From Octopus vulgaris (Eukaryota), in NCBI GenBank assembly GCA_951406725.2, contig OX597816.1, forward strand, positions 90,644,001 to 90,708,000: DNA of 64,000 nt. Reading direction: 5' to 3'. Positions 28,125 through 40,650 of the stretch are shown piece after piece. Both the position numbers and the translations under genes were made by a program. Every line of letters begins with the position of its first letter. Position 1 is the first letter of the stretch. The notes beneath the pieces were generated by a model. That model was not told where the DNA came from. It saw only the letters and a program-made list of their open reading frames with translations, and searched no databases.

Positions 28125-29190
28125 AAGTGACTGCATTTGCACTATACCACCCAAAATCGGATATTGAAAGACGATATTGATATTTACCAGGAATACAAGA
28201 CAGTAGGGGTCTTAAAACTATTGCAAAATATCCACGATAAAGTATGCAGTAAAGAATCCTGGAAAATTAGTACAGGTAGGTACAAAACATGGACAGAAAA
28301 AAAACCCCAAAATGTCTCTTTTTTGCTTTCAAGGAAGCCAAGAAATCCAAAACAGATGTTGCAATAACAGACAATTATGAACAAAATAGAGAAACAACAG
28401 AATTCCTAAAGCAGTAAAAATTTAACTAAAATTGGGACCAAAGAATGCCCGAATAAAACAGTAGCAAGAAAATAATATCGGAAAAAACTGAACTGAGGAG
28501 CAAGTACAGGACTTAAAGGAAAGACTAACGGTTTTTTTTTGTTGAAACACAGGACCAAAGCTTCCCCACCAAAAAAAAATCACCAAAATTTAATAATGAA
28601 GGATACACTAACTACAGAATATATGGAAACGGGAAGAAACAACTAACCACATTATCTCTGGGTGCTCAATCTGCCACGGAAAAATATATTCATAGATATG
28701 GCAGAATTGAGATATATGTACCGTAGAAGTCATGCTAGCATTATAAAATAGAACAGAAAAAAGATGGTTTTGAGATACACCAGAAAAAGCTTTCCGAGAA
28801 TGGAAAAGCATCTATACTCTGGAATATATCAATATCCATAGACAGGAAATCAAGGCTAACCGACCGGATATTGTTGTCAAGGCATTTAGGGAAAGAAATA
28901 CTGCTTAATCGATATATAATAACCGAGAGATGATAATGTACCGCTAAGTGATAGGGAAATTATCAAAAGGTAATGATAAAAAATGCCCGCAAATACATAA
29001 CAAAAACACAAGGAATTACAAATATACATATATAGAAAATAGAACTACTTGGCATCTCACACATGTTGCATTGAGTACTTTCAATACAGTAATAATATCA
29101 AAATCAAAAACAAAACACCGCACAAACACAAGGCACACAGAACTGAACCCGATGGTGCAGTGAAAGCTAACAATAACAAAAGACAACTGA
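28125..29190 (+). mobile_element. 5'-truncated decayed R4/Dong-type LINE
   Basis: YHPKSDIERRY; EETTNHIISGCS; IKANRPDIVVK; ends 'actttcaatacagtaa'. The 3' UTR 'caaggcacacagaactg...gcagtgaaagc' resembles that at 15775-15815. Confidence 0.75.
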
Positions 29191-29784
29191 ATAAAAACAA
29201 TTACAATGATTATGATTCTGGCCAGCCACAATTTCGTGGAGAGGGTGTTAGTTGATTACATTAATCTTAGTGCTCAACTGGCACTTATTTCATCGATCCT
29301 AAAAGATGAAAGGTAAAGTCGACTTCCGCGGTATTTGATTGGAAGATTAAAGAAAATTCCACTTAAATTTACTGAAACGTAAAGGCTATGAAATAAATAC
29401 CCCACCCCACACAATAACGATCTTTTGAGCAGTTTTCCTTATCGTGCTGCCAATTACCCGTCGTTTGTTATCCGCTTCCGGAAGACAGATGACATCTAAA
29501 AACAAGCCGGTCAGTCAAGAGAATCTATTAATCGTATCTACGAAGTTTGATTGTTGGTTAATTTATTCAAATATTTGAATTAATAAAAATATAGGAAATA
29601 TTGGTAATATGTATAGGATAAATCTAAGTATACACAATAACTTGTAAACTTCTTACTTTCATGCAAAATCAGTTTTTGAGGAGGAAGAATATAATCAGTC
29701 ACATTGACCAGTTGTGTGACTGGTATCTATTTTAACGAAGCTGGAGGTAAGTGAAAAGTAAACTTGATCTTAATATTGATAACA

Positions 29785-29993
29785 GATTTTGGCACAAGAC
29801 CAACACATTTGGGAGAGAGGATAAGTCGATTACATCGACCCCAGTGTTCAACTAGTACTTATTTTATCGACCTCAAAAAGATGAAAGACAAAATCAACTC
29901 CAGCGGAATTTGAACTCAGAACATGATGACGGACGAGATACCACTAAGCATTTTGCCCCCGACATGCTAACGATTCTGCCAGCTCGCTACCTT
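29785..29993 (-). mobile_element. tRNA-derived SINE family A, near full length
   Basis: 'ggcacaagacc...gtcgattacatcgaccccagtg...gaatttgaactcagaac...gctaacgattctgccagctcgctacctt'. Confidence 0.85.
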
Positions 29994-31048
29994 GAAGCTT
30001 GTTCTTAATATCATTCAGATTGAGACGTGAAAATGTGAAATGAAGTACCATAAAGAATTCATTTCATAGCTTAGCTGTTTTGGCTGTCTCCATCACGGTT
30101 TGAATCATTAGCTCAGCACATATAATACAGATTAGTTACTATTATCATTGTTGAGTTGTACTCCCAGTCACCTCTGCTCAACCACATATATAGCACAGAA
30201 GTAGTCGATTGAATAACTTATCACACCAGACTAATCATGCATCAGCACTTTCTGGTATGAGACCGTAATATGGTTACGCTCTATATTTCCAAGAGTTTCG
30301 AAAACAGAGATTTGATCCAAACCGACATTCCGTTTTTCTTACAAATAACCAAATCTATCGGTGGCACATTTCATGTATGTCCTTGTAAATGAAAATAAAA
30401 CTAATGAGATTAAACTTGTTCCACTTTGTTATCATTATAGATAGTACGGGAAATATTTCAATTAGATATCATAGATTGTTTGTTATGTTAAATGCTATAT
30501 TATTGTTGGAAACTATCAGGAGAGGATGATATTTTGTATATATATTCAATGAGTACAAGAACAAATGAGAAAAGTCGTTAGAATAGATAAGGATGAAAAA
30601 GAAAGAGCAAGTAGTAAGTGGGACACGATGGGTGATAAAGAACGAAAGAAGCAATTAAAGAATAAGAAAGAGATTGATAGATAGAATATAAGATGTGGGA
30701 AGGAGAGAGAGAAAGAGAGGCGGAGAGGGAGAGAGATCTGCACTTTACGAAGTAAAAAGGAATCTGTTGACAGAAAGAATAGTTATTCTACGTGTCAGTT
30801 GGCTTAATTGATTAAAGTCTGCCTTTACATCGACACTCATGTGAAATTATGGAATCAGAAGTTAGGCTTCCTGTGAATTTGAATGGCCACCAATCTGTCT
30901 ATTCATACAGGACACGTAAGGAACAAAGAGTGTTACTGCGCAGTCGTGAGGCTATCCGACTACGTGCAAGAAATGGTTGAAAATAAATCAAGTTATTTTC
31001 GGCTTTCATTTCAGCGTATTTAACTTGCTATAGCTTTACTTTCTAAAA

Positions 31049-31176
<128 letters not shown>

Positions 31177-31449
31177 GGCGAATTTATTTATTGATTGAAT
31201 TTAATTATCCAGCTGAAGGTGAACAGTTTTTCTTTTAATATGGTAATTTACTTTTGTTGACACACACACACACACATATATATATATATTGTGCATGTGT
31301 TTATGCATGCGTGTGTATTTATATATATGCGCGCATTCTGTTAAGTGAAATGAGAAACAGCTCCTCTTTCAAGCATGTCGGGGTGAAAAGACGGCTATAA
31401 CTTGTTCAAAACATAATGTGAAGCTTTACAATTTTTATTGTTCACAAAA

Positions 31450-32050
31450 ATCAGATAAAGATTTTCTAAAAGTTTTATGTTCTGCTCATATAACACTCAT
31501 TCTGAAAATTTATTTCAGGTTCATAAGTTCATCTTCATTCTCCCACTTAGGGTGTTGATTTTGTCAATCTTCTGCCGCCTCTTACCCGCTAACTTTTTCT
31601 TAAAGATACGCTTGATTCTTTGAATTAGGGCGACCTGTGTAATCTTTCTGTGCTCTTTGTAACAGTATGAGAAAGAGGGTGGAGATTTTAGTGTACTTTT
31701 AGAGTTACCTACACGGAAGCTTGATAATTTTTTAAAAACAATGTATGCACGGTGCTCTACCTTTAAGATGCAACGTCATCCACCTGAAAAATCTCATATA
31801 AACTTCACCAGTGTCCGCGAGTCAAATACCAATAGCAACTTGGTGGCTGGCGCGAATACGATAAAAAAAAACTGCAGTATAAAAGATGGAGAAGGCACGT
31901 GAGGGCTCTCCTCTCATGACAGGAATAGTGGGTGGAGATGATGAGTGGATCTACCTGGGGAGAATATGTTCCAACGTTATGGGTCTTCGAAAGAGTATGA
32001 AGATTTACATACCACATTGGTTATTGTTGTGTAAACCTCTTGTGAGAACG
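31450..32050 (-). mobile_element. Possible Penelope-like element RT relic
   Basis: The minus strand reads LHTLSKTHNVGTYSP..PLIIS (compare Y.LPKIHK...PGRPIIS) and later a degraded 'L.VE..' segment. The match is weak. Confidence 0.4.
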
Positions 32051-32098
32051 TCTCTGTTGGGGTTCTCTGCTCTGTTTTGATGCTGGATGAGTTTTTTT

Positions 32099-32143
<45 letters not shown>

Positions 32144-32692
32144 ATTGCTTTTGGTGACAATGTACTTATTATCAGAAAAGAAGTGATTGGTTTTTAATTT
32201 TTATAGTATGTAGTTTACGAATATAATTGGTGTAATCTAAAGTTGATTTAGTATGCTTCGCAAAATCTTTCCTAGGTTTTATGTCTTAAATAAGAATTAA
32301 GACGAAGAATTGAAAGATTCGTTAGAGCATCAGACACAATAGTATTTGAAGAATTTGGCTCCTTAATTTTTGAGTTCAAATACCTCCGAGGTTAACTTTG
32401 CTTTTAATCATTTCAGGGTCAATAAAAGAAAATACCAGTCAAGTACTGAAGTCGATTTAATCGATTGATTACATTGATCATCCAGATTTCGTCTAACAAT
32501 GACACTAAGGTTCAGAATTCAGAGTGAATTTCCTAAGGGAAAAGCGAATGAGGGTGTAAACTCCAATACCACATTGAGGAACCGTGGCTCCAAGCATTAT
32601 TCGTTGAGAAAAGGTATAATGATAGAGCAATGTCATACTAACCTAAAATTACTTGGAAATGTGGCGCGTCCATCATCGTGCGTGGAGCAAGT

Positions 32693-32808
<116 letters not shown>

Positions 32809-33012
32809 GTTATAGATGCATTAGGAACTATCCCTAAATATCTGAACAGATGGTTAGAGAAAATAGGCATAAGGCTCAGTTTAGTACAGCTGCAGAAAAC
32901 AGTGTTATTAGGGACAGCTAGGATACTTAGGAAGGTTCTTGGCATCTAAGGTCACTTGTTGTAGCCCGATAGGAGGTTTCTTGGCGTCTAAGATTACCTG
33001 TTGTAGCCCGAT
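32809..33012 (+). mobile_element. Very short 5'-truncated R4/Dong-type LINE 3' end
   Basis: VIDALGTIPKYLNRWLEKIGIRLSLVQLQKTVLLGTARILRKVLGI* begins directly after the (TAA)n tract. The 3' UTR start 'tgttgtagcccgat' is duplicated. Confidence 0.85.
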
Positions 33013-33014
33013 GT

Positions 33015-33165
33015 TAGGGTTCTGAGTTCAAATTCCGCCGAGGTCGACTTTGCCTTTCATCCATTCAGAACCGATAAAATAAATACCAGTTGAGCACTGG
33101 AATTGATGTAATCAACTGACCACCTCCTCCAAAATTACTGGCCTGTGCCAAAATTTGAAACCAAT
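33015..33165 (+). mobile_element. tRNA-derived SINE family A lacking its 5' head
   Basis: 'gttctgagttcaaattccgccgaggtcgactttgcctttcatcc...ggcctgtgccaaaatttgaaac'. Confidence 0.85.
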
Positions 33166-34159
33166 ATGTAAATGCGTGACATGTCCTACAGACTCCTGTG
33201 TCTCTAATATCTATAAGGTATTTTCAATAGCCTTCCGAGGGAAGGGTTGATATATCCTATTTCGAGAAGCTCTGGTCTACATAGTCAAATGAGAATCCAC
33301 AGTATTTAAATCTGGTGGGCAATCAATCAACCTTTACTCCGCACGAATTTCGACGAGACATTAATTCAGCGGGCATATTTGACTTCAATTGGTGTAAAAT
33401 TAGCTTTATTATTTACTAACAGAACAAATTAATGAGTTTAAGTTTGGTTTTAATTTTAGTTGAGGATACCTTTTCATGAGACAACATGTTCTTCTGTCGT
33501 GTAATGGGTATATGACTTATTTACCTTACTGATGACGATGTTCTTAAGTTCATGTAGAACAATCATGTGTCTTGTATTGGAAGAGGACTCCACTTTCCAC
33601 GGCTTCGTGAAGTTATCGATAGTATATACTTTACACTTGAATTCGAGGCATTCAAAGTTTTAAAATATTTGAATTTTATTTTGTCTGTAGATGCTGTTAT
33701 GAATTAGTTTTGTAGGACAAATATTTCCTAAATCCATCGCAAGATTCGCTAGATAGGGATTCGATAGATAGGGATTTCTGGCAACAAAAAGCAACGTAGA
33801 GCGATTTATCTTTCTTTATACATAACGCTACACTTCAAAATTAAGAAATGTTTTGATGATCAATCCACATAATATTCATATATCTTGTATCATAGTTTAC
33901 AATTATAACTGCTTACAAACACACATTCATAAATAATTACATACATTCATACATATATTCTTTCAGGCATATCCATCCATCCATCCATCCATCCATCCAT
34001 CCATCCATCCATCCCATCCATCCATGCATACACGTACCTATGCCTGTATTTATGATCATACACGCATACACACATACATATCTTACGATATGTATGACAC
34101 GTTCTTTGTTACAGGTAGCATCATAAAATATGTATTCATGCATGCATACATGTATAGAT

Positions 34160-34900
34160 ATCTTACAATGGTACCTGCAACAAAGAACGCGTCATTGAGG
34201 AACGCCGGATAAGGAAAATGGAAACCTCGGAGCTCTCTGCATGCTATAAAACAGTGGCCCAGAATGTGTTTGTAGTGCTAGTACTCGTACCAGCATTTGG
34301 GCTACTTGATCGGACGGTTGATGAGGTCCGAGCCATTTATGTGAAAACCCGGAAGATACTGACCAGCACGAATAATTTTACACATCATCAGTGACGTAGA
34401 CCGCATCTTGCTAAATCGAAAACAAAGAGGCAGAAGCTTAACATTGATTCTGACAACTTTTTGAATGTCACATCATATCCCTTCGGTAACATTTATTAAC
34501 CATTAAATGTCAAAGTGCATCCATTAACCAAGTTTGAATACATGGGACAGATAACATAAGGAGACTTGGAAAGTAACTCCTGAAGAAACATTCCCTGTCT
34601 GCTAACTTTGAATACATGTCCAAAGAAATTGCAAGTCTCTACCGTAACACATCATCAAATGAAAGGATGAATGCTTACCAGCAGAAGACCACGCACAGAT
34701 ATGTTAGCAGAAGGCTCCAGAATGACAGCAACATTGATACATAAATTAAAACAAAAATCTGCAAATACACAGAATCCAAATATTGCACACATACAAACAT
34801 ACATCATGCTAATCCTGTTTAAAATTCCAATGAAGGAAACTTAGATCTAAGTTATAAACCATCCTTGTCTATTGGCAAGAAATCTAGAATTAAAACTAAA
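34160..34900 (+). mobile_element. Decayed copy of the (TACA)n-associated RLE retroelement
   Basis: The 3' end 'aaattccaatgaaggaaacttagatctaagttataaacc...tctattggcaagaaatct' matches 40330-40400. The 5' limit is uncertain. Confidence 0.55.
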
Positions 34901-34902
34901 CA

Positions 34903-35077
34903 GGCGTAGGAGTGACTGTGTGGTAAGTAGCTTGCTTGCCAACCACTTGGTTCCGGGTTCAGTCCCACTGCGTGGCACCTTGGGAAAGTGTCTTCTACTA
35001 TAGCCTCGAGCCGACCAAAGTCTTGTGAGTGGATTTGGTAGATGGAAACTGAAAGAAGCCCGTCGTATATATGTATG

Positions 35078-35118
<41 letters not shown>

Positions 35119-35343
35119 GTATGTGTGTGAGTGTGTGTATGCATTTCTGTGTCTGTGATTGTCCCCTCCCACCATCGCTCGACAATGGATGCTGGTGTGT
35201 TTACTTAGCGGTTCGGCAGAAGTGACGGATAGAATAAGCTCTAGGCTTACAAAGAATACGTCCTGGAGACGATTTCTTCGACCAAAGGCGGTACTCCAGC
35301 ATGGCCGCAGTTAAGTGACTGAAGCAAGTAGAAGAGTGAAGAG
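34903..35343 (+). mobile_element. tRNA-derived CORE-like SINE family B, full length, with internal (TA)/(TG) microsatellite
   Basis: A-box-like 'tgactgtgtggtaag', B-box 'ggttcagtccc', CORE-like 'caccttgggaaagtgtcttctactatagcc', and 3' part 'ggcggtactccagcatggccgcag...aagtagaagag'. Confidence 0.85.
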
Positions 35344-36607
35344 CATACATATTTTAATACCCCACAACATATACATATCAACATACATACATACATACAT
35401 ACATACATACATACATACATACATACATACATACATACATACATACATACAAACTCCTGTATATTCATAACAACATGCAGATAAATACACATACAAAACT
35501 GGAGCATTTCCCATCCTTACATCTGAAAGTCAGGAATCATGGCTAGTAATGAAATAATTTGTGGCTTTCATGCATGAGCTATTACTACTCAATTGAAGCA
35601 TGTCAATATTAAAACTACTCTAAGAAGTACAAAATAATTATCAGTTATCTAATATCTGAGTGAATCACACATTATAACATACCTCGTTTCATTACTTCAT
35701 TTTAGCATTATAATGTATCTCGGCTCTGAATCTAACGCTTTCAAAACAAGGGTTATCACCGTAATCACCCCTATCATAACTATGTAGTTGATCGTATTGC
35801 TACTATTAATATCTAACTATTAATATTACAGTAAATCTATAACAAATTATGCTGCTGAAATTATACACACAGACTCAGACACGCAGACACACACATACAC
35901 GCATTGCATCATATAAAGGTATTATATCCATTTAAAATAACCACATACTGTTATATTAACTTTTCATTATAATTTCATTATAATGATATTAGTATTAGAT
36001 ATCTCAGTTTTTCATCATTCGTATACGACCCGGATGTGGTACTTCATTGCATATGTTAAAGTTATGGTAACCTGATTTATTAACAACAGTATAAACTTAA
36101 ACGTTAGTGATGCCGGTGGTATATGATTATCATTACATGTGTACAAGTAGAAGGTATTTGATTACAGGAGAAAATCTTAAGTAGGACTTAATGAAATCGC
36201 AAAATTTCTTTGCAGTTTTCGACAATCCAGTATTTGAAAGATACTTCATTAATTACAAGCTCCACATCACCAAAGATACCATTTCAAAAATCTTTCACAT
36301 ATTTCCTAGATATAAAGCCTTTGATATGTTAAAAGGTTTAAATGAAAACCTGTAATTATATAGAATGAATATTTTAAACAGTTGGAGTACATTTCACAAA
36401 AAATATACATTTCTTAATTCGCATTGCAAAGTTATGTCGAAAAATTTCCTTTCGGGATTCCTTACAGTTCTTAATCCACTTTTTCACTTAGAACCCTATA
36501 TTTGATAATTATAATCTGCTTGATTAGTGCAGAGAAATACAGAAACCCGTAATTGGGTTGGAGTTAACATTGATTAAAAATATGAGATAATGATAGATTT
36601 TACTCAC

Positions 36608-36858
36608 CAAGTTCCAAAACAGGACCAAACACTGTTTCATCACCGACTATGCTACAATTCCATCGGCGATTTCGGAACTGATATTGGCACTCCCTGATTC
36701 CTAACTGAGCTCCACGACCAACACTTGGCATGTGGTCGTAATGTGTTTGACATATTTGAATTTGGCCAACAGACAAACCTTTGAGACCAACACACATCGG
36801 GCGTGCTCCAAGCATGTACATCTTCCGCCATACCTCTCCACTCTGTAATCCCAAGTTC
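36608..36858 (-). CDS. Wnt5: Internal coding exon of a Wnt5-subfamily ligand (N-terminal part of the Wnt domain)
   Basis: Acceptor 'ccattttttag|G' and donor 'TTG|gtgagta' define 251 bp with a phase 2 start and phase 1 end. The exon translates NLGLQSGEVWRKMYMLGARPMCVGLKGLSVGQIQICQTHYDHMPSVGRGAQLGIRECQYQFRNRRWNCSIVGDETVFGPVLEL(G). This is colinear with vertebrate Wnt5a [58 protein letters not shown].V....VFG.V..IG. Confidence 0.93.
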
Positions 36859-37641
36859 CTAAAAAATGGATTAAACTATCGTTAGAAATATAAATGTTAT
36901 AATAATTCGAAAGAAGTTGGAAATAAAGATTTCTATGGTAAAATAGATGAAAAATTTTAATAGCAGTTAGATTCACCGAAAAACTGACTGCTTAGAGACA
37001 AACACAACTCCCATTAGATAAAGGAAAGAAACATTTTACAAAACATGCAAAATATTGAAATTGTGGAGCTGTACTCATTCTCTAAATAATTATCAAGCGG
37101 TTAGTAATATTTTAAGCATATACATCTCTACTTCTATCTTTGCGCAAAAATTAAGCAGAGTAGTTCTTAATGTTTTATATTTTCATTTTCCGATCTTAAC
37201 CATTGTGCGATATTTATACTTACAGCTTAGCGGTGTTTAACACACACATTATAAAGATAAATGAACAAACAATTACGTTTATTCCATTATATGTGATAAA
37301 TTTCTGCTATTTTAGTAAGACATTTGAGTAAGACATTTTATCATTTATCGATATATAAGGGAAAGATAATCAGTGAAGGGGTAACGGAAATGAAGGATGT
37401 AATATAATTGATTTTTTTTTTATAGCTGTTTTTAAAAACTTGCACACCGCATTCAGTTCTATATCAGATATTGGCACCAAGTAAAACATATTTTATATTC
37501 TTTACAATTTATATATATATTTGTACAGCAAAATTTAGATTCAGATGAATATAGTACTTAAGTTAAAGGCACCAGAATTTGGTATGGTATTATCCATATA
37601 AATCAAATGGGGTGATTGGATATCCTTGTTGCTTATTTTGA

Positions 37642-37642
<1 letters not shown>

Positions 37643-37716
<74 letters not shown>

Positions 37717-37846
37717 TGCATATGTATATATGCATGTATGCGCAGCTATATATGTGTATGTGTATGTCTATGTATGTATGTATGTATGTATGTATGTATG
37801 TATGTATGTATGTATGTATGTATGTATGTATGTATGTGCATATATA
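37643..37846. repeat. Compound (TA)n/(TATG)n microsatellite
   Basis: Direct reading. Confidence 0.95.
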
Positions 37847-38334
37847 GTAATGTACTCCTACCGTCAATTATGACGGTAAATATGTTCACGAGTAAATATC
37901 TGTATTCCATTCAAATACATTGAAAATGACGATGAAATATATATATAAAATAAAGAAAAATACATTAATTTTAAAATTATTTACATATTCTGATAGAGTA
38001 CGCTTTGTGTTATCTGAGAATTTGATACTTGTGTAAGTGTTATATTTAAATCACTCTCTAGCTTTCGAAGGTTGTCCAGCACGCACTTAGACGCGCACAC
38101 GCATCCACATACGAGCATACACACATATACATTAATCCACAGAAAGATAGATGGCTTTACTCCATTTCTTCGCTGAAAAATAAGAAACTTCTTGCTTATT
38201 TATGAATATATGTGTATATACTCACATATAACACATATGCATAGCTGTACGATAATCTTTAATGAAATGTTTCACAAACGATTCCAGTTAGAAATAAGTT
38301 AAAAACATATTAGATGAGGGGAAAATGGAAGAAA

Positions 38335-38406
38335 GCTGCGTGCAGGACTCGAACCACGCGTCTTCTGTAGACCAGACAGACTTGCTATTAATTACACTAA
38401 TGCAGA
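38335..38406 (-). pseudogene. Degenerate tRNA-like sequence (72 nt, anticodon position GGT)
   Basis: Minus strand: acceptor tctgcat/acgcagc, A-box-like 'tagtgtaattaatagc', anticodon arm TCTGT-ctggtct-ACAGA, B-box GGTTCGAGTCC, and a T-run shortly downstream. Confidence 0.55.
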
Positions 38407-38611
38407 TAACCAACAGACCTTTTTAAAATCCTTTCCCATCGTCAGGAAATTTTCAAATTTTTTCTACTGATGTAGTTTTTCATGTCCCTGATGTTTACAC
38501 TTACATTTATTGACGATAAGAAAATGAAAAACAATTTAATGAAAGAAAACGAAGACTCATTTCGAAGAAAAAATTTAATGAAATACAATTAAATGCAAAC
38601 ATTAAATATTT

Positions 38612-38823
38612 TTTCTACAACAGGCACAAGGCCTGGAATTTTGGTGGAGAGGCTAGTGGATTACATGGATCCCCATGCTGAACAGGTATTTATTTCGTAG
38701 ACTCCGAAAGGATGAAAGGCAAAGTCGACCTCGGCAGAAATGTGAACTCAGAACGTAAAGACGGACGGAATTCTGCTAAGCATTACTCCCGACGTGCTAA
38801 CGATTCTGCTTGCTCACCGCCTT
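38612..38823 (-). mobile_element. tRNA-derived SINE family A, near full length
   Basis: 'aggcacaaggcctggaatttt...gaaaggatgaaaggcaaagtcgacctcggc...gctaacgattctgcttgctcaccgcctt'. Confidence 0.85.
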
Positions 38824-39824
38824 ATGTAACTATTAAATATGAAAGGGAAAAATATTGTATTGTTCCAAAATGAAAAATGGAATAAAACAAGTCAGTAACA
38901 ACGAAATTGAGTTATGCACTCAGTTTTCTAACTCTACCCGCGACGCCACAGTGACTCGCAGCACCGTTCATTTCGTCGCTTGGGGTAGGTTCAACTAATT
39001 TCACTTGTTGTTAAACCGAACTTTGTGGTTAATCGTTCTGTGCCTAAATTAGTAGTGGTATCTTGGAAAATGCAAGCAAGCTCCCCACAAGTCATTGTGT
39101 GTTGTTGTCCCTAGCAGAACCGACTATCGTATGCACTCGTCTAGAATGTCACGATTCCGAGAAGCACAGCGTATAGAAATAGCTCTCGTGTCACAATTTC
39201 AACCATTTTCCGGGACCACCGGCCTTTGATTGGTTGCAGAGTAGATCCTCCGCACATATCTCGTGTACATAATTACTTTAATCAACACCATAACATAGTT
39301 TCATGTTCCTAACATGTAACCTGTAACTCATTTTAGGTACAACTCCCTTCTCTTTAAAAAAACATTGCTGCGTCTTACACCATCTTTATACCCTCCGACA
39401 AATTTACGAAATTTACCGCTGAAAACCTCATTTTGTAAAATAAAAAGCATTGTATTTAACAAAGAAACAAATGAATACGGTTTGCTGCACTCGTTCAAAG
39501 AATCTTTCTAGGAACAGGAAACAAACGACAGGTGGACAACAGCAGACGATAATGTTAATACTGTTCCAATGAAAACAGACATTTGTGACATCCGGTAATG
39601 TGGGTAATAGGGAGGGAGTCTGATCGGCTAAAACTTCAAAAATTCAAAAATTTGGAACTTTTTTATTATTGATTACAAGAAGAAATGAATGCAATTTTCG
39701 TTATCAGCATGCAAAACGACCATCAGTGTAGAAATTTCGAGAAAACTCGACGATTGGAAGGAGTTGAAAAAGATCCTTCCAAACTTTCTTCTATTAAATT
39801 AAACACCTAATTTTTACCAAGGGG

Positions 39825-39867
<43 letters not shown>

Positions 39868-39905
39868 TACACGTATATACATACATACATACATACATAC
39901 ATACA

Positions 39906-39936
<31 letters not shown>

Positions 39937-39945
39937 GTATGCATA

Positions 39946-40416
39946 GTTGTGGAAATCAGCTGCCCAGCGGGTGTTAATATAAAACTGAAGCTCAGTGGAA
40001 ACGAGAATACCTACGCTGAACTATTCAGAAATCTGAAGTTAATCTATCCAGATTACAAGTTCAGGTTTATATCTGTAATTATTCGGGTACTGGGATATGT
40101 AACACACTGCCTAAATATCAATTTTGATAAGCTTCTCAAAAGTAGAAAGGATAAAGCTGATTCGAAGACTACAGATTCAAACCATCACTGTAACTGCAAG
40201 AATCTGTAAAACTTTCCAGTATGTATGAGCACGTCTAGACATGCAACTATATGCATGAGAAAACATAGATAAAACAAAACATACAAATCTGCATATATAC
40301 ATACCTACAAAAATACCCTGTTGATATTGAAATTCCAATGAAGGAGCCTTAGATCTAGGTTAGAAACCGGCTCTTTCTCTATTGGCAAGAAATCTTGAAA
40401 TAACACTGAATAATGA
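39946..40416 (+). mobile_element. 5'-truncated RLE non-LTR retroelement 3' end embedded in (TACA)n
   Basis: VVEISCPAGVNIKLKLSGNENTYAELFRNLKLIYPDYKFRFISVIIRVLGYVTHCL shows the RLE D/E...K..Y spacing and an IIGALG-like motif. (TACA)n tracts lie at ~39878-39933 and ~40416-40483. Confidence 0.7.
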
Positions 40417-40601
40417 CATACATACAAACATACATACATACATACATACATACATACATACATACATACATACATACATACATGCATGCGCACACTGACA
40501 TAAATAGATAGATATAATGAACAGTTGGCTTCGATGTATAAAGGTTCAACAGCTCAGTAGAAAAATTTTACTATGCTATGACAAAACTATACTGAATCAT
40601 T

Positions 40602-40650
<49 letters not shown>

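Noticed and set aside
36600-36854. ORF-track start 'M' and stop taken as a complete 84-aa Wnt peptide
   Set aside because: The 'M' is an internal TTG and the stop lies in the intron. Splice signals define 36608-36858.
38495-38570. Candidate upstream Wnt5 signal-peptide exon (AT|gtaagt donor on the minus strand)
   Set aside because: There is an in-frame TAA immediately before the donor in the required phase.
38900-39820. CpG-richer segment that could be a Wnt5 promoter or a DNA-transposon relic
   Set aside because: I could not identify a diagnostic terminus, ORF or first-exon structure.
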